Assembly (NCBI GenBank): GCA_951406725.2 | Contig: OX597817.1 | Location: 11,718,001 to 11,782,000, forward strand | DNA length: 64,000 nt | Source: Octopus vulgaris | Taxonomy: Eukaryota | Direction of reading: 5' to 3' | Shown here: one piece after another, positions 1-12,346 of the stretch | How the letters are laid out: each line of letters opens with the position of its first letter | Numbering within the stretch: position 1 is the stretch's first letter | Position numbers and translations under genes: made by a program | Notes under the pieces: model-generated | The model's database searches: none | Told to the model about the DNA's origin: nothing | The model's input: only the letters and a program-made list of their open reading frames with translations

Positions 1-34
1 CTTACAAACGACGACCACACCTGCTCATCGTCAA

Positions 35-503
35 GGAATGAGTCTTTGTCGCATTATATCCCAAACGTTCGATGATATGACATAGGTAGCGTAAAGGACG
101 GTTGGTGGCTATTTAAATGTCTATATTTTGTTTTAAACCTTATACTTCTACCGAGAAATTACTGTTCATAAGACATACACAAATGCTAATTAGCATTCAA
201 GTACGAGAACACAATCTGCATATTGTTACAAGTTTGATTGGCAACTGTAAGAAATTGCTCAAATCAGCTCTCCTAAGACCTGACAGCTGGTAGACAAAAT
301 ATTTAAGATAACACCAAATAGATGAGTATATTATATTTTACTGACTACTTTTAGTTTTCATGCTGAGTTAGATGTATAAAATAATTATATAATTGATCTT
401 CCATGCATTTGACTATGTATAACATGTTGTTATAGTAATTGTTCAAAGATATATATAATTAAATGTATTCCTGCCACAGACGTACTGTCTTTTATTGAGA
501 CAG
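35..503. repeat. ~470-bp direct repeat, copy 1
   Basis: GGAATGAGTCTTTGTC...TTTATTGAGACAG recurs with scattered substitutions at 2163-2626. Confidence 0.9.
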
Positions 504-509
504 TATCTC

Positions 510-2140
510 CGAGTATCAGCAGCCACGGTATGTCCAGCTCTCCATTCAGTAAAAGTTGACATCAAATGGAGCGCCTGACCTGTGGAATGCGTCCCTTCTG
601 CAGAAAGCGGAAGAGTATGCACTCCAATTTGTTTAGACATACGCAGCTGCAATGTAAGTATTTGCCCCTTCTGCTCGGCGTTTTAGGGATAGCTTTCTCT
701 TATCGCATTTCTTGGTGTGATTCGCTACCATGCTCGTCACATAGTCCTATTTCTTTTCTACTTGGAGATCCGGACTAAACCAGACTCTAAGCTGTAGGCC
801 TACAGGCCTTTCTTTGTTAAATTTTGTGCCAGCCACCAACTCGTAGTCTCTTACAGCTGTGCCGACCAGATCTATGCGCTTGGATTCCGACACTATGACG
901 GTGACGTTGTCTGCGTATGCCGATAAAGTTCTCCCACGTCCTAGTTCGCGCGAGATGCTTCTCAACGCCTCCAGATTCTGCAGTAGTGGCTCTAGAGCCA
1001 GTACATACAGAAGAGACGAGAGTAGACACCCTTGAAGGACCGAACGCATTATACTGAATGGTTCCGATAGGCAACCGTTCATCCGAACTACCGAGCAGAT
1101 GTCGCTGTATATTGCAGCGATATAGCCACGGAAAACGGGACTGAATCCGGCCACTGTGAGAACGGCTGCCAAGTATTGGTGGTCGACCTTATCAAAGGAT
1201 TCAGACTGATCCCAATTGATTTGGACCCAACCCATACCAACCCCTCTACCCACTCTGCCAATGATGTATTGTATGAGGTAGAGGTTGTCGAGGATTAATC
1301 TACTTGAGATTTCGCATGTTTGCGCGTCCCCAATCAGTTTCTCGACAACAAGCACCAACCGATATGCTAATACCTTGGCTCAAATTTTGAAGTCTGCGTT
1401 AGGTCCCAAAAATTTTCCATTAATCCCCATTGTTTGTGTTCTTTCTCAGCGGTGCCACCGCTCATTGACTTACAGAATTAGGAATTTTCCCGTTCCGCTG
1501 TCAGTTGCGGTAGATATCTGTTAACAAGCTGCCAAACAAGTCTGACATGTAAAAGTAAAGCTCACGGAGCAGACCATCCAAACCAAACCATTTACTCTCT
1601 GTGCAGCCCATCATCGCATCACGTATTTCCGCAGTTTTTATCAGCATTTCGCAATGTTCCTCCCTCTTGCATTCGGTCCCAAACAGTCGCGCAACATGCT
1701 ATTGAAATGCTGCACACAACTTCTCGGGTTCGAGTGCTGTGCGCCTAGTTTGGTCCACCAAAAACCGAATTGTGGATTTGTTGCCACAACTTACCTCTAC
1801 CACTCGATCCCGTCGAGCGGCTTCCGTTCCCTCATTTTTAGAGAATGCGTCTTCGCTCTGATAATACATCCTTCGTGCTTAGCGTTGAATTAGTCCAGAG
1901 TCAATTTCGCCAGCACGTTGATTGTAGCGTCTTTTCTGAGCGGCTCTTCTAAGTTTCTAAATTTCAATCTATTCTACTTCTTTCTGTCGCTAATGCCTTA
2001 CTAAACATAATTCATTCTACTTCAATTGCTCTTTTCAGGGCAAACCACCACTTTTCTAGCAGCTAGCCCCACACATTCTAAGCGAACGTCTAAGATGATA
2101 TTCCAATCACCCATAAGCACCAAATTTCGAGACGTTTACA
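510..2140 (-). mobile_element. Degenerate Tx1/L1-clade non-LTR retrotransposon (APE endonuclease + reverse transcriptase fragments)
   Basis: ORF 747-1358 has RT motifs DQSESFDKVDH, SVLQGCLLSSLLY and AYADNV; ~2090-2135 reads LVLMGDWNIILD (APE GDFN-like); ~660-710 reads RKLSLKRRAEGANTYIA; stops, frameshifts and deletions present. Confidence 0.85.
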
Positions 2141-2162
2141 TAAAGTAAAACAAATTTTTCTT

Positions 2163-2626
2163 GGAATGAGTCTTTGTCGTATTATATCCCAAACGCTTAA
2201 TGATATGACATAGGTAGCGTAAAGGATGGCTGGTGGCTATTTAAATTTCTATATTTTGTTTTAAACCTTATACTTCTACCTAGAAATTACTGTTCATAAG
2301 ACACACAAATGCGAATTAGCTTTCAAGTACGAGAACACAATCTGCATATTGTTACAAGTTTGATTGGCAACTGTGAGAAATTGCTCAAATCAACTCTCCT
2401 TACACCTGACAGCTGGTAGACAAAATATTTGAGATAACACCAAATAGATAGGTATATTATATTTTACTGACTACTTTTAGTATTCATGCTGAGTTAGATG
2501 TATAAAATAATAATATAATTGATGTTACGTGCATTTGACTATGTATAACATGTTCTAGTTATTGTTCAAGGAGATATATAATCAAATGTATTCCTGCCAC
2601 AGACGTACTCTCTTTTATTGTGACAG
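2163..2626. repeat. ~470-bp direct repeat, copy 2
   Basis: Aligns by eye to 35-503. Confidence 0.9.
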
Positions 2627-2888
2627 CATATTTAAGATCGTAAGGTCGTTGTTGAAGAGATGTGGTTGCTATTTCTAGAAGGCTGACATACTACGTACCT
2701 GTTTCCCTTTGCTTTGAAGTCTGAAGTTTCAAGATGGCATTTGCATTGTTTCCAATAATATTGTTATTTTACGATAAAATATATAACATTATATGGCTGG
2801 GAAAGACAATTGTAACAGAACGATAGCTTCATTTCTGATTAAAAATTGGCTACTATTAATTTCACATATTTCTGTAATCTTCTTCTGA

Positions 2889-3150
2889 TACATACATACA
2901 TACATACATACATACATTATGGCTGCCCCCTCGTTATCGAGTATTGCCATTGCACCAAGCTTGACTGTTACTGATGCTGTGATCGAATGTGACTTTTTAG
3001 CCCAGCTAAAGATCTACAATGTCTTGTAGGGAATTGGCAACTAAAACCTTTACTGGTAATAGCCGGCTGTAGTTGTAACTGGGTTTCATGTACCTTTGCA
3101 TGTCGTTTAAGTCCTCCTGCCAAATTACACTCTCTTCCACATGCCCGGAC
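2889..3150 (-). mobile_element. 3' end of an RTE-like LINE (C-terminal C2H2 fingers, TATG tail)
   Basis: Reads CGRECNLAGGLKRHAKVH...CRSLAGLKSHIRSQH*, then a short UTR and a (TATG)n tail, as in RTE-clade C-termini. Confidence 0.6.
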
Positions 3151-3357
3151 ATACATACATACATACATATGACTGAAATAAGTAAAATACGCGCACACAC
3201 ACGCACGCACGCACGCACGCACGCACACATATATTCTTGTTTGACAATATTTTTGTTTAAGAACAATAAATTCGTACTCTATAATAGCGTAGTGTAACCA
3301 CTCAGATTAATTCGAAGTTGTTTTTATTATAACTAAATATAAAAATAAGCACTTATA

Positions 3358-3690
3358 CAGGGTGCGGTGATTAAATTGTCGTCTAAATTACGCAAAAATG
3401 ACATCTCATTTTAACAGATATATTTACCAAAATTACATATAAATATCTTAAAATACTAAAGAGTAAATTTATTGAATAAAATCACCATTGGTTTCAACCA
3501 CGGCCTCCACACGACTTCGGAATCTCTTGCAACACTTCTGCTCGGTATCCTTGTTTATGTTGGTGAATGCTGCCATAATCCTTGCCTTCAGTTTGTCTTT
3601 GGTGTTACAATGAGTTTTGTTGGTCTCTCGCTGAACTGCGCCCACACATGATAATCATAAAAATCCGTCAAATTTGACCCGAACACCCTG
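3358..3690 (-). mobile_element. Tc1/mariner-superfamily deletion derivative
   Basis: TA|CAGGGTG...CACCCTG|TA termini; minus strand encodes DYHVW..ERETNKTHCNTKDKLKARIMAAFTN...FRSRVEAVVETNGDFIQ (transposase C-terminus, frameshifted). Confidence 0.8.
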
Positions 3691-3741
3691 TATACATTTG
3701 TGTATGTATGTATGCAAAAGTACACACACACACACACACAG

Positions 3742-3806
<65 letters not shown>

Positions 3807-3859
3807 CATATTCACAAGCTCCTACACACATATTCTTATATATACATATACATACTATA

Positions 3860-4238
3860 GGCGCAGGAGTGGCTGTGTGGTAAGTAGCTTGCTAACCAAC
3901 CACATGGTTCCGGGTTCAGTCCCACTGCGTGGAATCTTGGGCAAGTGTCTTCTGCTATAGCCCCGGGCCGACCAATGCCTTGTGAGTGGATTTGGTAGAC
4001 GGAAACTGAAAGAAGCCTGTCGTATATATGTATGTATATATATATGTGTGTGTGTGCATGTGTTTGTGTGTCTGAGTTTGTCCTCCTAGCATTGCTTGAC
4101 AACCAATGCTGATGTGTTTACGTCCCCGTCACTTAGCGGTTCGGCAAAAGAGACCGATAGGGCTTACAAGAAAGGCGGTGCTCCAGCATGGCCGCAGTCA
4201 AATGACTGAAACAAGTAAAAGAGTAAAGAGTAAAGAGT
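3860..4238 (+). mobile_element. SINE-A (tRNA-derived, CORE-like octopus-type SINE)
   Basis: Head GGCGCAGGAGTGGCTGTGTGGTAAG...GGTTCAGTCCC with A/B-box-like motifs, CTTGGGCAAGTG core, internal (TA)n(TG)n, GAGTAAAA tail; ~18 copies in window. Confidence 0.9.
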
Positions 4239-4477
4239 ATACATACACACTCATAAACACACATATGTACATGTATATGTTTGGGAATTTATGTGCATCA
4301 CACATTTATACTCATGTACTTAAAAAGTTGATCTTGCAGTGATGACGTCCCGGGTTCTATCCTACAGCGTTACATTTTGGGCAGTTGCACTTTCCATTGT
4401 TGTGGATCAGCTTAATCATTATGAGTGAGAGAAACCGGGAACGAGAACCTGCGTGGCGGCTCGTTAAACGGTAATTA

Positions 4478-5076
4478 GGCAGCGAGCTGGCAGAGACGTT
4501 AGCGCGCCGGGCGTAATGCTTAGCGGTATTTCGTCTGCCGTTACGTTCTGAGTTCAAATTCCGCCGAGGTCGACTTTGCCTTTCATCCTTTCGGGCTCGA
4601 TTAAATAAGTACCAGTTACGCACTGGGGTCGATATAATCGACTTAATCCGTTTGTCTGTCCTTGTTCGTCCTCTCTGTGTTTAGCCCCTTGTGGGTAATA
4701 AAGAAATAGGTATTTCGTCTGCCGTTACGTTGTGAGTTCAAATTCCGCCGAGGTCGACTTTGCCTTTCATCCTTTCGGGGTCGATAAATTAAGTACCAGT
4801 TACGCACTGGGGTCGATATAATCGACTTAATCCGTTTGTCTGTCCTTGTTCGTCCTCTCTGTGTTTAGCCCCTTGTGGGTAATAAAGAAATAGGTATTTC
4901 GTCTGCCGTTACGTTGTGAGTTCAAATTCCGCCGAGGTCGACTTTGCCTTTCATCCTTTCGGGGTCGATAAATTAAGTACCAGTTACGCACTGGGGTCGA
5001 TATAATCGACTTAATCCGTTTGTCTGTCCTTGTTCGTCCTCTCTGTGTTTAGCCCCTTGTGGCTAATAAAGAAATA
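4478..5076 (+). mobile_element. SINE-B, trimeric (one head plus three 184-bp bodies)
   Basis: GGCAGCGAGCTGGCAG...GAGTTCAAATTCC...GCCTTTCATCCTTTCGGGGTCG...AATAAAGAAATA; bodies start at 4526, 4710 and 4894; TSD GGTAATTAG at 4470-4478 and 5077-5085. Confidence 0.9.
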
Positions 5077-5879
5077 GGTAATTAGCTTGTCACTAGTTAA
5101 ATTTCTGAACAACAGGAATACTCATCGTCGAAACCTATGGAGGATCCATTTGCATATTCATATGCGTATGTCTAAGTATATGTACATGTACATATATACA
5201 AATGTGTATATGTATGACTGTATATTTGTGTGCACGCACACACACACATACACATATATACATCTATATAAACACATATTATATACATATATTTGCGCGT
5301 ATGCATACATATGTATGTGTGTACATACATATTTACATGTGTACGTATAATGAGATATAAATACATAACTACATAGATATACGTCTACATATATATACAT
5401 ATATGTAAATACATATATGTGTGTGTTTCATATTGCGCTGCATGTGCAAATGTATATCACTGGGAGGACGTCTATTTTTTACATACGCCATAAGGTGCGA
5501 ACGAGTCCCCCAGAAACACGAACTGGATCCTACCAACTCGATTCACTTATCTCTCTCGGCCTCTACAAATAGGTTGAGAACAACCCAGCGAGCCCCTGTC
5601 GTGTTACAAGCGCGAAGGCACACAAATAACACTTCACTAAACATATAAAGTAGAGAGCTATTTGGTGCGCTCCCTGAGAAATCCCAGCAACAGTTTATAC
5701 TAAAAGAAGACAAGCTGACACATCTCAATGCCACACAGCCTAACATACGCATGTATGTGCATATGCGTGTGTATGTATATGTGTGTGTGTATATGTGTGT
5801 GTAATGTATATATGTACATAAATATACATATACCACACACACACATATCATTTTTATTTTTTTTACATCGTTTTTACAT

Positions 5880-5905
5880 CGTTATTATTATTGTTATTAT
5901 TATTA

Positions 5906-5991
<86 letters not shown>

Positions 5992-6005
5992 CATTATTAT
6001 TGTTG

Positions 6006-6079
<74 letters not shown>

Positions 6080-6182
6080 GTTATTATTATTATTATTGCT
6101 ATTATTATTATTATTATTATTATTATTATCATTATTATTGTTGTTGTTATTATTATTATTATTATTATCATTATTATTGTTG

Positions 6183-6223
<41 letters not shown>

Positions 6224-6279
6224 GTTATTATTATTATTATTGCTATTATTATTATTATTATTATTATTATTATCATTAC

Positions 6280-6316
<37 letters not shown>

Positions 6317-6343
6317 GTTATTATTATTATTATTATTATTATC

Positions 6344-6442
<99 letters not shown>

Positions 6443-6477
6443 GTTATTATTATTAACATCATTATTATTATTATTAT
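5880..6477. repeat. ~600-bp (ATT)n/(GTT)n microsatellite
   Basis: Seen directly; source of the poly-I/L/Y/N ORFs. Confidence 0.97.
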
Positions 6478-6660
6478 TTTAGTTTTCAGTATCTTATTTT
6501 GCATCTTGATTTTCTGTTTTTTTCGGCTATGTGTTGTTTTCATTATGTTGTTTGAGCTTCTGTTTTTGCTATCTGTTCTTGTAACGTTCTTAATATCTCC
6601 TTTCTTTAAAGCCGATGGGTTGGCGAGGCAGTGGATTTAATGACACAGTAGAATATGCGC
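6478..6660 (-). mobile_element. Probable 3' UTR of an R4/Dong-like LINE with (TAA)n tail
   Basis: Minus strand starts GCGCATATTCTA (AHIL, as in LLGTAHIL of the 38.2-kb element) and runs into (TAA)n. Confidence 0.35.
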
Positions 6661-7038
6661 GTAAGTAACTGATATGCAATGTTTAATTACTTTCATTTAA
6701 TGATCTGAGTTCAAATCCTGCCGCAGCGTTGATTTTGAGCGGTCATCGTTTCAATATTGATACTAGTACCATACTTGTATTGGGATCGATGTACATTTTC
6801 ATATCTGTCTCTCATTGAAACGTACAGTTATGTTACCTCATGCCTGCGTTAAAAAAATCGATATTTACCTAGTTACTTTTTAAGTATAATATCTGAATTT
6901 TAGATGCTGTTCTCCATTCGTAATTCTACTGAAGATAGTTGGCCCAAAATATTAAAAGAAGTATTTTCCCTTTTTCTAATACTTTTAGCTAAACCGTGAG
7001 AGAGGCGACTTTGAAATAAAGAACATAATAATTGTAAT

Positions 7039-7250
7039 AGTTAGTTAGTTAATTTTTTGGCTCAAAAAGCAAAAAGCAAGGCCATGTAGGGGGACATGGA
7101 GTTATGTACAGGGTGGTGTTCATGTAAAGAGTTCAGGCCACTTGTGGTCAAGGGAGACTTTGAACCGAGCGGTCGTCGGCATCTTCACCATCTCGTCTGG
7201 CAGCTCATTCCACGGATCCGCAACCCGGACGGAGAAAGCCCCTCTCCTTC
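7039..7250 (-). mobile_element. CR1-like LINE 3' end
   Basis: Minus strand RRGAFSVRVADPWNELPDEMVKMPTTARFKVSLDHKWPELFT*, short UTR, (TAAC)n tail. Confidence 0.8.
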
Positions 7251-7599
7251 GATTGAGATGAAATCGTCTTCAAATAGAATGTCTTCAAATGTGAAGTCTT
7301 CTAAAAATAAAACAAACAAACAAAAAAAAGCTTATTATAGGGAAAACTTGGAAAATAACTTTTATGTTATTTCCCAATGTGTACGCTGGCCTCTCTCTTC
7401 TGTGCATGAGCTGATAGAAGCAAGTGAAATCATCAATGTATTATTTTATCAGTTAGAGGTTCCCGTAAGATTTTCTGTTCAGATACATTCCTGTATATTT
7501 ATCGTGGAATTGTGAACAGTTCATTCAAATCAGAGTCAATAATTTTTATTGCACCAGCATCAGTGATGGATTTCTAATAACTCTAACTGCATCTTCCTC

Positions 7600-8760
7600 T
7601 CTTAATTTTCTCTTCCCAGTTTCCTCACCTCAAATGTCTGACGAAGAACTTTGTGCGAAACGTTATAACTTTTTTCTAGATAAATTTTACTCTATAACAT
7701 TTATGTCGTCTTTGAGCAACAAATTTATAAGATTAACTGTGATCGTCTCTTGATTTTTTTCTTTTGTTTTTGTTCTTGCTTGTAACTCGTATTTTCATTG
7801 TTTTATAAGGGTCGACATCGTTTACGACTAATGCATCTTTGCGCACATCATTCGTTATAACACTCCTAAAGTTATTTACATCAATTCGTATCATTGACTC
7901 ACTTGAGTTATTTCCTTTTTATTAGCATTGGTTTTATAGAAGATATTTCTAGTTTTAGTGATCTGTCTGACTGCTGTATATTGATGTCTAGTTGTGCCTA
8001 TAGAAAGTCTATAGTTGATAGAAAATTCAATGAAAAATATTATTATAAACATTTTAACCTAAAAATTCTTGTGTCTGGTATCATATCTATTGATATGATA
8101 TTAACGTTTGAAGGGAAATTAACGCTTAAAAGTGTTTTGAATTAAAATAATAAAGATGTCGGTGCTATACATGGAAGATTGCTCGATACTGGAGCATTTA
8201 ATCTTTATTTCAACATATGGAAATAGATTCCGAATTATCCATGAAAATTCCCCACATGTCTATTTTTCCACTTCAATATATTAATATTGAATATAATATT
8301 CATTTTTACACTATTTCAGAGAAGTATTTATAGTTATTTCATAAGCTTCAAAAGCTCTGTAGTCTAACCTGAAAATATATTAAATGTAGTACTTTTCTAA
8401 TAAAATGGAACCTGCCTCTTGATATAAAACTAACATATAACTTAACCATTACTTTTCACGTGAATAGTGTTTCTGAGTTATATTCTATCCACAATAGTCA
8501 AAATATATCCTGAAACGTCAACTATTACAAAATATGTAACACTCTAGTATAATATATAAAAATCAGTGAGCAAAAATTTCAACTTTCTTTTCTCATCGTT
8601 AGAAGATCTATGCGAAAGGTTATAATGTACAGAAATGTCTTTTAAACACTTAGCTTCAGGAAAATTTTTGAGACATTTAAAAGACCTTCCAAAGAGTTCA
8701 GGTTTATTTTTAAAAAAAGATCTGCATAATTACATTTATTTTGGGAGAAAACTCTGTATA
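7600..8760 (+). mobile_element. Highly decayed Penelope-like element (candidate)
   Basis: CTGACGAAG..CGAAACG motif at ~7637; 8490-8710 is homologous to 9920-10145, which leads into recognisable Penelope-like RT. Confidence 0.35.
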
Positions 8761-9312
8761 ATTACAAACAATATGCAGTCCTTGATAGCATTTAAAGAGG
8801 TCATCCAAATGACGAGCATGAAGTCACTCAATAACATTCCAATCTCTGGCCTACAGATCTGTTGTCTTTTTTATTCAGAAAAAAATAACCAAAATAAGAC
8901 AGGAGAAAATATATGAGACGAAGTGTATGAATATATAAAAATAAATGTAAAAAAAAGGAAAGGAAAAGAAAGACATAACAGCTAAAGTAAGTGTATAGGT
9001 AAGAATAATAGAGAAGGTATAAAAAAGAATATAAAAAAAAAAGAAATATACCCGTGCTCACACATATAAATTGAATCAGAAGAAAGGAGAGAGACAAAAT
9101 GAATAAAAGTAGAAAAGAGAACGAAAATGATAAAAGAACATTTGAAGAATACAGACACAGGAATACTCCGAAAGGGAAAAGATTCATTAGTAAGTACTTC
9201 ATACTAATAAGGCTTATTGTTGTTTTTGTCAAGTTACACTAAAGAACATAATTCCTATCTTATTAGAGTTATCTCCCCTGTAAACTATATGAAATAAATA
9301 AATGCCATTTTT

Positions 9313-9522
9313 AGGTCCCGGTTTCCCGGTTTCTATGGCGCGTGTGTTCCCCAGCTGCCAGTCCATCGCAGCGTTACTCATTTTTGCCAGCTGAGTGGAC
9401 TGGAGCAACCTAAAATGAAGTGTTTTGCTCAAGAACACAACGCGTCGCCCGGTCGAGGAATCGAAACCACAATCTTACGATCTTGATGCTGACACCCTGA
9501 CCACTAAGCCACGTGACTCCAC
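9313..9522 (-). mobile_element. tRNA-derived SINE, third family
   Basis: Minus-strand head GTGGCTTAGTGGTCAGGGTG...GGTTTCGATTCC followed by CORE-like TGTGTTCTTGAGCAAAACACTT. Confidence 0.75.
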
Positions 9523-9919
9523 GTGTAAACTATATAGTAACTAGTTTTACTCGCCCTACGGCGAGTAATGTTAGAAATATACTTCTACCACTGCGTGTAA
9601 TATCAGGCAGTCAGTTACAAAAATTAAGATTTTACTTCTTTCAAATTTCTCGATACTTATAGAAAACATGAGTGTTACATTATATGAAGAGTAATGCTGG
9701 GAACAAAATTTCCCTCTTGGGTGATATCATTTAGTGTTACAGCTATAATTATTTGATAGGTAATCAAAACTACTGTCATGAATAGTATATATTTATTGCA
9801 CATATACAAATCTGTTATTTAGTTTGGTTTTAATTATCTAAATATTTACGTTATATTGTACGAGCTCTTCAAAATTTAGAAAAGAAAATTTATAATTATT
9901 GTACCTGTGAAATAATAGC

Positions 9920-10410
9920 CACAATGATCAACGTACACACTCAAACATCATCTGTTACAAGACATGTAATATTCTAGTATAATATATAAAAATCAATGAA
10001 CAAAAAATTTCAACTTCTTTTCTCTCATCGTGATAAAATTCATGCGGAAATGGTTATAATTTACAGAAATGTCTTTTAAAACACCTAGTTTAAAGAAAAT
10101 TTTTGAGTCACTTGAAACAATTTCCAAAACAATTCAGGTTTATTTCGAAAAAAAAATCTGAGTTGTTACAGAACTGCTTTTAAACAGCTTAACATGAAAA
10201 TAGTAGTAGTAACCACCAGATATCTGTCATCTTTTAGGAAACCATGACATAAACCACGATCTATACGAACCCTCAAGAAATCCTAATAATCGACCTCTGC
10301 ATATACATTTAGATCCCAGTCATCCAATAGATATTAATTAAAAATTCCTATAGCTAAAAGTAATTTTATAAAAGTTATTTTCAAGTGAAATAACTTTCTA
10401 TGAGGTCGAT
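9920..10410 (+). mobile_element. Penelope-like RT fragment
   Basis: Reads CFKQLNMKIVV...DLYEPSRNPNNRPLHIHLDPSHP...SSEITF, resembling the PLE Y.KPN..P.Y....SNHP...SS.E.F region; interrupted by stops. Confidence 0.55.
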
Positions 10411-10761
10411 AAATGTACAAGCAAGACCACAACGAAGTCTGTGCCATTTGAGAAACCAACAGCTGATAGCGTACCTGCTGCAATAAAAAATGTAAATTTT
10501 AGTGTACGGTGGATTGAACCAGGCTGGAAATACGATCTGGTTCAACTAAATGTTCACTAAAGTTATAAAGTTCGTGGTAAAACAGCTCCCCTTTCAAAAG
10601 TGACCCAGCTGTTTCAGATGCTTTCGATAGGTCACCCATTACCCACTTCTTACAATCATATACCAGGTAGGACAACACACATATAGATCTTCACTTTATT
10701 ATCTGTAGGGAAACAACGTTGAAACCACCAGCGATTTTCCAATTTCCATTCGTATATTCCA

Positions 10762-10794
<33 letters not shown>

Positions 10795-11255
10795 CGTACA
10801 TGCAGGCAACCACACATACATATGGTATTTGTAACACACTGCCTAAATATCAATCTTGAGAAGTTAAGCTTCTCAAAACCAGAAAGGAGAAAGCTAATTC
10901 CATACACACATACATACACACATACATACATACATACATATATGCATATATATATACATATACATAGTGAAATTCCAATGAAAGAGCCTGGGATCTATGT
11001 TAGAAATCCACTCTTTTCTATTGGCAAGAAATCTTAAAATAAAACTCAATAAGGACATACATACATAGATCCAATATTACGAATACAATCTTTAAGCGGA
11101 GCAATAAATATACGAAACTTCTTTCAAGTTCAAAATGTGACATTGATTTAGCTATCAACAAACCAAAGATGGGACTTTATTTCTTTGTTAGAAACTAGCC
11201 CCTTCTTTGCAGGAAGACTTCAGATAATTAAAACTTGAAGAGAATATGCATATAT

Positions 11256-11669
11256 TGGCTGTGTGGTAGGTAGCTTACTTACCAACCACATGGTTCCGGG
11301 TTCAGTCCCACTGCGTGGCATCTTGGGCAAGTGTCTTCTACTATAGCCTCGGGCCGACCAAAGACTTGTGAGTGGATTTGGTAGACGGAAACTGAAAGAA
11401 GCCCGTCGTATATATGTATATATATATATGTGTATGTGTATGTGTATATGTTTGTGTGTCTGTGTTTGTCCTCCCAACATCGCTTGACAACCGATGCTGG
11501 TGTGTTTACGTCCCCGTAACTTAGCGATTCGGCAAAAGAGACCGATAGAATAAGTACGAGGCTTACAAAGAATAAGTCCTGGGGTCGATTTGCTCGACTA
11601 AAAGATGGTGCTCCAGCATGGCCACAGTCAAATGACTGGAACAAGTAAAAGAGTAAAAGAGTAAAAGAG

Positions 11670-11670
<1 letters not shown>
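11256..11670 (+). mobile_element. SINE-A
   Basis: Matches 3860-4238. Confidence 0.9.
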
Positions 11671-11700
<30 letters not shown>

Positions 11701-11706
11701 TCTATA

Positions 11707-12104
11707 TGTTTCAGTCATTTGACTGTAGCCATGCTGGAGCACCATCTTTTAGTCGAGCAAATCGACCCCAGGACTTATTCTTTGTAAGCCTGGGACTTAT
11801 TCTATCGGGGTTCTTTTTGCCGAACCGGTAAGTTACGGAGACATAAACACACCACCATCGGTTGACAACCGATGGTGGGAAGACAAACACAAACACACAA
11901 GCACACACACACACACACACACATACACACACACACGCACATACACGCACACACACGCACACACACATACACACAAATATATACAGCGGACTTCTTTCAG
12001 TTTCCGCTACCAAATCCACTCACAAGGCTTTGACCAAGGTGCCACGCAGTGGGACTGAACCCGAAACTATGTTGATGGTAAACAAGCTACTTACCACACA
12101 GCCA
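11707..12104 (-). mobile_element. SINE-A, inverted and tail-to-tail with the previous copy
   Basis: Reverse complement of SINE-A with a small internal deletion. Confidence 0.9.
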
Positions 12105-12124
12105 GCCATAGTGAGACACACTTA

Positions 12125-12346
12125 AAAAGGGTAAAGACCCCCTTCGGTCAGGCACTGACCATGGGTTTGCACCTAGAGAGATACCCTCTGAGGCACAAGT
12201 CTGGGCAAGGTTGTTTTTTTTTATGGAAGACCAGCAGTCGCCCATGCATACCGGCCTCCCCTCTCCACGTCACCGATGTTGTCCAAGGGAAAGGCAAGGG
12301 CCGATACAGCTTGGCACCTGTGACGTCGCAACTCATTTCTACAGCT
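12125..12346 (-). mobile_element. 3' part of another SINE/retroposon family
   Basis: GC-rich block AGCTGTAGAAATGAGTTGCGACG...GGGGTCTTTACCCTTT on the minus strand; family not determined. Confidence 0.5.

Noticed and set aside
2968-3228. Host C2H2 zinc-finger gene exon
   Set aside because: No TGEKP linkers; stop, short UTR and simple-repeat tail fit an RTE LINE 3' end
3860-3935. SINE heads as functional tRNA genes
   Set aside because: No complete cloverleaf, and each is attached to a SINE body
5728-6640. Long poly-Ile/Leu/Tyr/Asn ORFs
   Set aside because: Translations of the (ATT)n microsatellite
10400-10670. Fibronectin-III-like exon (SVRWIEPGWKYDLVQL)
   Set aside because: In-frame stop, no convincing acceptor, contiguous with a Penelope-like remnant
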